This document shows, in pieces, positions 53,971 to 64,000 of a stretch of DNA of 64,000 bases (positions within the stretch are counted from its first letter, which is position 1; each line of letters starts with the position of its first letter). Under the pieces are notes generated by a model. That model worked only from the letters and a program-made list of their open reading frames with translations. It had not been told where the DNA came from and searched no databases. Source of the stretch: Octopus sinensis (taxonomy: Eukaryota); contig NC_042998.1 in the NCBI RefSeq assembly GCF_006345805.1, positions 133,796,001 to 133,860,000 of the forward strand. Reading direction: 5' to 3'. Both the position numbers and the translations under genes were made by a program.

Positions 53971-56900
53971 ATCACCATTAGCCAACACTATTTAATAGAT
54001 GGTATAACCACCTTTCTTTTAAGTCAATACATTTATACATCTTTATTACTCATTTTCATTTTACTCACCTACCCTGCAATCTGCACTTCGGAAGTATTTG
54101 GAAAGTATATTTATATAAAGTACATGTTGGAACAAACAAGAATGGATTTATTCACTAAGTTGGATCGTGCCATCTGCATACACTGCAAGAATATCGAGTG
54201 CAAAAGATTCTATGTAGAGTTTGATACTCACCTAATATTGTCTGAGAGTGCAAATTAGTTAGTTCTAACAAGGTGCCTCTATTTAAGTACTTAATTTTAC
54301 TGAATCTAAATTATATTTCCTTTTATATACGATACTTTGTAGATAGACAAAAAGGAGTCAACCTAATTTGTTTCAATCCTCTGTTGAGATTTCATCAGCA
54401 AGTGAGCACCCTCTTTAACTGTCCACATAAACACTGCTTATAAACCCACAATTACAAAAGTTACGAGTAAGAAAGATTGATTGATTTACATATGAAGCGT
54501 TCCAAGCAGCTCAGTCGATTAATGCATTACTGGCGCGTTATTTGTATTATGTTTCAATGCTAGTGTGTGCGAAGATATTGGATGTGAAAACAATGTGTTT
54601 CTTATTTGGATAGTAGCATGTATACATACATACACACGCACATAAATACACATGCATACGGATGTGTATATGTGTTTTGTCTTTTCTTAAATTTTTCACA
54701 AATAGAGAGAGTTTAATGGTGCCTAACACAGAATCAAGCCTTCTTTCACCATTTTAGAACTACTTCTTTAAAAATATGTCTGCAAGGGTAGACACACAAA
54801 CATTTTCACTTTTATAAATTGAAACTTGCAGTGCGAAATAATTTTTTCGAAATATTTTCAGCTACTGATGATTTTATTTTTCATTCGATTTAGATTGTAA
54901 TCGAGTATTATTTAAAACACTTCCAGGCATAGACAATTTTAGATTTGGCCCGTACCCCAATCGTTGTAGGAATGGAATGAGTGAAACATCATTCTTTGAA
55001 GACTCAAGAAGAATTTGCTGTGCTGTCGTGCAAAGTTAAATTTTCGAAAACAAACTTGTGTGATGCAGGTTTTTTTCTTTTCTTTTTCTTTTGTGAATGT
55101 GAAATCAGAATTTCCAATACAGACTGAAATAGCAATGCCAATACTTCTACGAATTTATTCCACGTATTCATGTGAATCTGAATTTTTCACTGCATCATCA
55201 ACAAAGACATAATACCGCTCAATAATCAAGAACATAGAAAAATAGAACTTCTTTTAGAATATCACCGACGTATATTAAACCACAATTTAATGTATTTTGA
55301 AGACACAAACAAGTACATCAAATTCGATGAAGATATTCAGATAGTATGTGTATGGTTAACTATAAGTTATGTTTTATGTGACCTTACTGCGAATGCATCT
55401 TGTTTAATATTTTCTGAGATTCACTTTGTTATTAACATTTTTTAATGTAATCCACACACGGGTTACATCCTGCATTACTTTTGAATTATAAAACATTGAT
55501 AGGGAGTCACAGTAATATTCGTCAAGTAAAAATGGGTTGCGAAGGATTCAGAAAGTTTTAAAAAACAATGCTTTAGAACAACCAGAACTTGGCATTAAAA
55601 CAGAGTACAAATCACACAAAACATACGAAACTTTAACACCACCCAACAAATTAATCCCATTCAGATTCAAACATCGACAGAGAAAACACTAAAATAACAT
55701 CAAAAACAGCAGTAAAAATATAACAAAATAAAACGGAGGACAGCACAGGTCTACACTTCCAAAATAAAATGCTGTGCGTACACCTGGAATATTGAGATGC
55801 ACTTTCTAGTACTGTAGGCACTTTTTAAGCCATTCTTTAACCATGTTACTGAACCACTTTAACCATGTTAGTGAGCAACTCTTAGTATGTTACTCAGCCA
55901 AAGAACAAAAGTTGTTTAATTTTGGGGGATATGCATGTACAAGCATGAACTGAAATAAAAGTGAATGGATTGGACATCATTATAAAAACAAACTATTCAG
56001 ATTATGTAACATTAATTCATTAATTTCTGTAATTTGCCGTATATCAGTGACATTTCAGGAAATCTGTCGGGGAAACTATCCAAATATAAGAATTTGAAGA
56101 TTGAAATAGCGAGCAAGTGGAATATGAACGAAACAAATTGTCTTAATCACTGTTGTCATTCATGTAGTACACTGCAGACCTTGTAGTACTGCAGTGCTGA
56201 TGATCAGTAACATGCACATGTTACCGATTTTCTCAACGTTACCAACCTGCCCTTACTGTGCTGCAAAGTTGTCAAGCAGGACCAGCGCCAGTACATATAT
56301 CACTTCTTTATTTTATTTTTTTTTTCATGCACTGAGACTCCACTCTGTGAGCTTGTTTAAGAAGAAGCAGCTCCATCTGTCTCCCCGTATATGATCTTGA
56401 AGATCATCTACTCAGTTTTACATGACCTTCTCTTCGAACGGGAAAGGCATCTGGAAACGTCGAATTGGAATCCTTATCGCTTCACTTTCAAGGGTAAATG
56501 GTGGTATACCATTTAGCGCAGACGTATACTAGCTTCAACCTTACCCATTTTTAGAGTAGAGGACACATTCTCGCCAAAATTCTTGCCTTTCCTGGTACTA
56601 GCTCGTATCAAGGAGTTCTAAATGATTCTCAAACTTTGTACAAGAAGAAATGGTATTGCAGTTGTTGTTGTTGGTGGCGGTGGTGGTGGTACTTGTATAG
56701 TTTATGCAGTTCTTCCATTTAAATTAATATTTCAACACAATTCACTTTCATTTTCCATTGTTTATGCTTGAAGCGCTGTCTATTTGTTTAACTTTCACGT
56801 TGTTTTTCCTTTTAAGTCCGTTTTCATGTCTTAAAATAATTGGAGGGGCGTGTTTGTTTACTTTATTGAGGCTACTGCTACAACCACCGTACTGAGCGCC

Positions 56901-56989
56901 TCTTCCCACAACTTGTAAGACGGTCATCTTGCAACGCGAGTAAATATTGCAAATGACTGATGTCAGATATATAATGTACATATGCACAG

Positions 56990-57023
56990 ATATATGTGCG
57001 TGCGCGCATGTGTCTGTATGCAT

Positions 57024-57081
<58 letters not shown>

Positions 57082-57165
57082 AATATATATATGTATGTAT
57101 ATATATACACATATATATATATACAAATATATATATATACATATATATATACATATATATATATG

Positions 57166-57224
<59 letters not shown>

Positions 57225-57235
57225 TATATTACATA

Positions 57236-57285
<50 letters not shown>

Positions 57286-57298
57286 CATATATATATTC
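56990..57298. repeat. (TA)n microsatellite
   Basis: Read directly; similar tracts at 3100-3218, 9297-9389, 35409-35576, 47717-47892 and 51718-51930. Confidence 0.95.
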
Positions 57299-57603
57299 AG
57301 TTAAATTAAACGATGTTTTTCCACCCCAAGAAATTGGAACATATGCTTTATTTATCTGAAAGCAATTGATAATATTTCAGAATGATAAACGGAAGAAAAA
57401 CGTTTTCATTTTGTTGTTTTTTTTTAATGGATAATCGCGGTATAATCCATCTTTGCGGCAGCTCTGAGAAACACTGCTATACACGGCAAATAATAACAGT
57501 AAAAACTGCAACACTAACTACGCACCACTACCACCATTAACAACAACAACAATAACACAATAATAATAATAATAATAATAATATAATAATAATATAATAA
57601 TAA

Positions 57604-57811
57604 TGGTTTCAAATTTTGTCACAAGGGCAGCAATTTGGTGGAAGGAGATGGGTCGGTCACATCGACCCAGCGTTCAACTGATGTTCATTTTATCGACTCC
57701 GAAATTTGGCGAAATTTGAACTCAGAACGTAGCGACGGCCGAAATTCCGCTAAGCATATTTCCCGGCGTGCTAACCATTCTGCCAGCTCGCAGCCTTCAC
57801 AATGATAATAA

Positions 57812-57852
<41 letters not shown>

Positions 57853-58307
57853 GGGAGAGGGTTAAGTCGATCACATCGACCCTAGTACTTCACTGGTACT
57901 CAATTTATCGACCCGAAAGGTGAAGGACAAAGTGACCACGGCGGAATTTGAACTCAGAACGTAGCGACTGGCGAAATACCGCTAAACATTTTGTCCGGCG
58001 TGCTAACGATTCTGCGAGCTGACGGCCTTAACAACAACAACAACAACAATAATAATAATCCTTTCTACTATAGGCACAAGTCTTGAAATTTGGGCGGAGG
58101 ATACTAGAGGGGACAAACAAGGACAGACAAACGGATTAAGTTGATTATATCGACCCCAGTGCGTAACTGGTACTTATTTAATCGACCCCGAAAGGATGAA
58201 AGGCAAAGTCGACCTCGGTGGAATTTGAACTTACAACGTAACGGCAGACGAAATACCGCTAAGCATTTCGCCCGGCGTGCTAACGTTTCGGCTTGCTCAC
58301 CGCCTTA
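57604..58307 (-). mobile_element. Three head-to-tail SINE B copies separated by (AAT)/(AAC)n
   Basis: Copies at ~57604-57798, 57853-58029 and 58058-58307. Confidence 0.9.
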
Positions 58308-59751
58308 ACAACAACAACAATAACAACAACAGCAATAATAATAATAATCACCATTACTAATTCATTTATCTCTTATTATAATACAAAATAAAACTCGGTA
58401 CAAAAACATGTGGTAGAGTACAATCTTGTATAAATACTAGAGAAAAAGGACTCTACGCAATTTATACTAAGAGACAGAAGTATTTAATTTTCTAACCTGT
58501 CTTTTTTCTCAGTATAACCCTCAGCAAAAGAGGCAGAGATTTTCATAACATACATTACTCAATATTTTTTTAATTCCTTTGAGTCGACCCTTATCCAAAT
58601 CCTCCTTCTGGTTGGCAACACTAGTAGCGAAGTTGAATGCGTTGATTGGTTCAGGAGGTAAGGCACAACGAGCAAAGAAAACTGCATCACTGGTTTGTGA
58701 TGACTGTTCCGGTCAACTATCGCCTAATTCGCTAATCTGGTCGCTGTCGACTTTGCTTGCTGAGAACAAGTCCAGCTTCAAGGAAACGAGTATCAGTCTC
58801 TTTGTACTAACTTCGTCAACTGGTGCATATTTCTGATGGTATGTCTACCAGCCTCACTTTTGCCACACTTCGGGCTATATCTGAGGAAATAAGAACAAAA
58901 CCTTCGTTACCGAGTGGAGTAGTGAAGTAACTCTCATCTTCACTCACAGGGAGGAACCTCATTACCATCGCTTGTTATTGGTTGCGGTTAGTGACAAACG
59001 TTTCTTTTTTACTTCAATTCGTTGGCCTTTCTACCCGTCGAGAGCCCATGCATGAATATATGATTGTGTCCTGCTTCACTTCATGTGATTATCGTGGTGA
59101 TTATCCTGCTTTCTTTTTGAATAAATATTCTGGCTTCCTTTAGTTAGTCCTTTATCATAGGCTTAACGATTCTTGATATTCTTGCAGAGAACCCAGTTTT
59201 TCTACTACATTGTTGTACTCGTTATTATTCTTACCGCTGATATTTATACCTTCGATGTGATGATCCGTAGGCCACAACAGGAGCGGTAGTAAGTGGTGAC
59301 ATTTGTTGAAGTAGCAAAAGTCGTGCTGCTCGATAAGTATCTTGTCTTGGCTCCCGTATTTTTCGTACCGTTGCTTTTTGATAGTATTAATGGTGGCGAC
59401 GATGGTCGTGTTGATCATAGTTGCAGGGGTTACTTGTAAATGTAGCAGTCATTTAGCTTGTTGTTGCGGTGTTGTTGCTGCACTTGGCGCTCATCGTATT
59501 GTTGTATACTATAATGATTTGGAAATCAGAAATGCACGAATGTGACTAACACCAGCTAATAGAATCAACATAATTCCAGTTTTCATAAGAGCTTTAAGCT
59601 CGATGCCACAGAAATTGAAAGGGCATCTTGAGCAAGTAGATCTCGAAACACAAACTGATTTCCTTCGAAAGGGTAATTGGTTTGGCATTACACATATACT
59701 CAGAAAATTGGTGACTATTTAAGCTCATTATTGAGACGCGACTAGTTATCC

Positions 59752-59752
<1 letters not shown>

Positions 59753-59843
<91 letters not shown>

Positions 59844-59859
59844 GTCATCATCGTCGTCG

Positions 59860-59902
<43 letters not shown>

Positions 59903-59921
59903 TATCATCATCATCATCATC

Positions 59922-59966
<45 letters not shown>

Positions 59967-59982
59967 GTCATCATCGTCGTCG

Positions 59983-60022
<40 letters not shown>

Positions 60023-60023
60023 T

Positions 60024-60054
<31 letters not shown>

Positions 60055-60080
60055 CCACCACCACCACCACCATCATCATC
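59753..60080. repeat. (CAT)n microsatellite with a duplicated higher-order block
   Basis: The interruption pattern ctt...cgt cat cat cgt cgt cgt...tat occurs twice. Confidence 0.9.
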
Positions 60081-60429
60081 TTTTAGTTTTGCGAACGAGT
60101 ATTCAGGAAGAAATTTGTCGATGTGAGCTGCACGATCACTGATGGCTGACTAGGCCGATACTGAATAGGAAAACTCGACCACTGTGACGGCAAGGAATAT
60201 TCTGCACATAGTTCGGTGTTGCTGTGTCACGTTCTTCAATCTTCTTTTGCGCTTAAAGACTGCCCTGAGTGCATTTTCGATGGAAGTGACAGACTAGTGG
60301 ATGACGTGTCACCAAGCCTCACGATTGGAGGATATATCAGATAACTGTCAATTGTCAAGGTGGCAGGTACCGGAAGATTTCTTCAAAGTATCCTTACACG
60401 TTTTCTTTGGAGCCCCACTATCATGGTAG

Positions 60430-61035
60430 TACAGCATTGATAAGACAGCAGATTGCTTGGAAACTCCTGTAAAACAGTCAGACATGTAATTGGTAGAAGT
60501 TCAAAATTGCTTCAAAAGGAATAAAGAAAACACCATGACAAAGTTGAACAGCGGACACGCTGGGAGATGTGCTGGAGATGCAGGCTATAGTGTACTGACA
60601 ATTGGGATGAACACCAACCCTTGCCAGTCGCACAAAATAATCAAGTGAAATTTACATAGGATATGACTATCTACACAGTTAAAACACTAGATAACACTCT
60701 CCAATAAAAAGAGACCAAAGAATAAATTTTCGTTGACATTGCAGTACCGGCAGATCAGAACATTGTTAAGACAAAGAATGGGAAAGCCGAAGGGTATCAT
60801 TTGAATTGGAGTATATTCATAGAGCCTTGAGAATGAGTGTGATATCTATTGTGATTAGAGCATCAGAAAACCTGGCATGAGAAGTTGGAACTACAAGACG
60901 TCATTAGAAGTACATAGCGGCCATATTTGGAACATCGCATGTTTAGAAAAGGGTGGCGTCTCTAAGTTACGGGAAGGCGTCGACATATGACATATAACCC
61001 AGAAAATTATAACTGGAGTAAATCGCGATAGTATT
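60430..61035 (+). mobile_element. Decayed R4/Dong-like LINE 3' fragment, second family
   Basis: Relic HHDKVEQRTRWEMC...WDEHQPLPV...FVDIAVPADQNIV (RLE region); followed by (ATT)n. Confidence 0.65.
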
Positions 61036-61129
61036 ATTATTATTATATTATTATTATTATTATTATTATTAGTATTAGTATTAGTATTAGTATTAGTATT
61101 AGTATTAGTATTAGTATTAGTATTAGTAT

Positions 61130-61161
<32 letters not shown>

Positions 61162-62061
61162 TAGTAGTAGTAGTAGTAGCACCACCACCATCACCGCCAG
61201 TGGCAGCAGCACCAATTGCAACAGCAGTAAGAGCAGTAGCACCAACAGCAGCGGCGGTACTTTTAGTAGCCACAAAAGAGCACTAACATCCATATAAAAG
61301 GATTTTACGTTTTTACGACCGCAGTCATTCTCACTTCCAGTGCACAGCAGGTGAACCGACCTACAAAAATTATATTACAAACAAAGAAAGACCTTACGCA
61401 CACAATACTAAATACACAACTCTTAAACACTGAACTGAATCTAATTCGATATCAACATAAAGCTTTAAAACTCCTCATGCTTGTTTACATCCATGTTGTA
61501 AATAAGAAAAACAATAGCGAAAAACTAAAATTTCTTTTTTTTTTTTTTTCCAAAATATAATAAAAGGAAATATCCAAGCATGTAATTCATTTGGTTGAGT
61601 TCTTCTTTTTCTTTATTCAGAATGATGAATCATGCAATCTCTTCATAGACCATCACTTGAACATTTTGAAGAGCAACAAAAACTCGAAATACTGAAAATT
61701 CATAAATCCTAAACCGCAAGATGATGATGACGCTGACAATGCTGACGATGACGATGATGATGATAATGATGATGATGATGAAGCGGAGGAGGATGAGGAG
61801 AAGGATCGCGATGACGATGATGATGATAATGACGAAGATCACGATGACGATGACGATGATGATGATGGTGATGATGACTACGTAAATGATAAGGAAGATG
61901 AGGAGGAGATGAAAGAGGAGGATGACAATAATGAAAATAGCAACAACAATAATAATAATCATATAATAATAAATTTCTTGCTATGCGAGTACATCTCCGT
62001 AATAATAAAAGTATTATTAAACTATTATCATTGCTATTATTATTATATTATTAGGGTTATA

Positions 62062-62103
<42 letters not shown>

Positions 62104-62142
62104 CAAAAATAATTATAACAACAACAACAACAACACAACAAC

Positions 62143-62203
<61 letters not shown>

Positions 62204-62517
62204 TGATAATGATGATGATGAAATATTATTACACAACTAAACGATAATAGAGAAACATAAAAATAATAATCCATTAAAGCAAAAGATAACAAGGTCTATT
62301 TTCAAACTATAATACAAGCACAACTCAAGAAAAAAAATCTATTAGCTTGAAAAGTCATAAAATTGTATAATTAGATGATTATATTTGGTCATTATTGTTG
62401 GCAGGGGGAAAAAATCAACAATAAAATTAATCCCTCTGTGAGGAATATACTATTAGGCTTATATACTTAATGAATGAATCAGTAAAACATATACACAGAC
62501 ATGCACATATATAATTT

Positions 62518-62571
<54 letters not shown>

Positions 62572-62610
62572 TAGACAGACAGATAGACAGACAGATAGAT
62601 AGATAGATAT

Positions 62611-62691
<81 letters not shown>

Positions 62692-62695
62692 CAGA
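62518..62695. repeat. (GATA)n/(GACA)n tetranucleotide microsatellite
   Basis: Read directly. Confidence 0.95.
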
Positions 62696-62789
62696 CACTC
62701 ATTAAAGTTAGGGGGATACATGCAGTTAAAAAGAATATACATATATTCATGTGAGTGTAAGATTTTGAGACGACCGTACGTTCATCCAT

Positions 62790-62868
<79 letters not shown>

Positions 62869-62889
62869 GTTATATATATGTATATATAA

Positions 62890-63055
62890 ATGAACTTCGC
62901 CATGATACATCGCTAGCCACTACACATTATTTTCTCTCCTTGTTTCTCTCTGTGTTCCTTTCTGTGGAAGAGCGTAGATTCGAAACGTTAAAGACTATTT
63001 TCACTTCCCGAGCGTTATACTAATACATCTGTTTGTTGTCTACACTACCTGTCTC
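62890..63055 (+). mobile_element. pLTR-like short repeat with a degenerate minimal hammerhead
   Basis: CTTT-CTGTGGA-AGAGCGTAGATTC-GAAA-CGTT-AAAG at 62958-62993; follows (TA)n. Confidence 0.55.
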
Positions 63056-63186
63056 TTAAGGCTGTCCTTAAGAGAGATGCCAAAGAATTGTTTATCCATT
63101 ACTGAAGCTTTACCTGGCATAAGTGCTTATAGTAGCGAGAAATTGAGGTTATAAGAGATAATGGTGTCCTTGTGACCAAAAGGTGT

Positions 63187-63237
<51 letters not shown>

Positions 63238-63541
63238 TAAGGCCCAAGGATCAAATGTAGGAAGAAAGTCAGCTTCAAGCAATCGGTAGAAAATATTAAA
63301 AAATAACTTTCAAGAATAATAGTGGTTTATTGGTGCGGAAGGTTATGAACTTATCGAAGTGCGATAAGCTGAAAAAATTTATTTTATACTTCGCGGTTGG
63401 CAGCCTGGGTTGCCAGGTATGTGAATAAAAATCCAAGAGTTAAGGAGTAGATAATATGCGGACTGCACATATTAACACACGGAGGATTCGATCAGAAAGA
63501 TCCTTACGACAAAGTAAACTTCATATAACCAAGATACCTTT

Positions 63542-63626
63542 GGCCTGAAGAGTAGCCTGCGGAATACATCTTGCTTGGGTATTTACCACTTTCACGGTTC
63601 CGCTCGCTATGAAACATATGTAGCCC
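63542..63626 (+). ncRNA. Type I hammerhead ribozyme motif with long stem II
   Basis: GGC-CTGAAGA-GTAGC..(GCGGA/TCCGC)..GCTAT-GAAA-CATATG-TA-GCC; palindromic stem III, GUA triplet. Confidence 0.8.
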
Positions 63627-64000
63627 TCATATCATCTGTTCCGTTCCTTAACTCTTGAATATATATATATATATATATAATCCGTAATAATGAAGGGTGA
63701 AATTAATTAATTTGGAATAATTATCAATTACACCAAGTAGTCTTCGGCATGTAAAAGCCTCATTCGAGGAAAATTTAAGTAATACTAAGCAATAAAGGGT
63801 TTAGCAACGAATTGCCTTACCACATACCGAATTTAGAAATAGCAGTCAAAGAGTTATAGCTATTTCTTCTACTAAAAAGGGAGATCTCAGTAAAAACAGC
63901 AATCGGAAGGCAGACACAAACAGGTAAGAGAGAATGAATTGACGGCAATCTATCATACAATTTTAAGTTATCTACGGACGCACGTTTCGAAATCAAGTTT

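Noticed and set aside
56190-56480. Possible pogo/Tigger DDE relic (minus strand LVLLDNFAAQ)
   Set aside because: Single short motif, stops nearby and no TIRs seen
57604-58307. Regularly repeated units resembling a CRISPR array
   Set aside because: Head-to-tail SINE copies with microsatellite spacers; eukaryotic context and no cas genes

Overview
AT-rich, microsatellite-dense eukaryotic DNA. The repeat families resemble those I recall from Octopus genomes (inference, not verified by search). No host gene can be called confidently; a few splice-flanked open frames near 32.0-33.2 kb are weak candidates. The window is dominated by retroelements. These include a 5'-truncated, frameshifted R4/Dong-type non-LTR element (RT, CCHC, restriction-like endonuclease) in an (AAT)n tract and a Penelope-like element (RT + GIY-YIG) with inverted terminal repeats. 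There are also decayed CR1/L2-, Tx1/L1-, Penelope- and R4-like fragments, three tRNA-derived SINE families (over 25 copies), and Tc1/mariner and hAT MITEs. Points of most interest: (1) about ten type I hammerhead ribozyme motifs, four with essentially complete cores, in short non-coding repeats next to (TA)n tracts, often with fold-back ends; (2) a Penelope copy whose two inverted arms both stop at a predicted hammerhead cleavage site; (3) a ~555 bp non-coding retroposon family (six copies) that sits in (AAT)n-type tracts like the Dong element, with one copy circularly permuted and fused to the LINE 5' end. Most ORF-track entries are translations of microsatellites.
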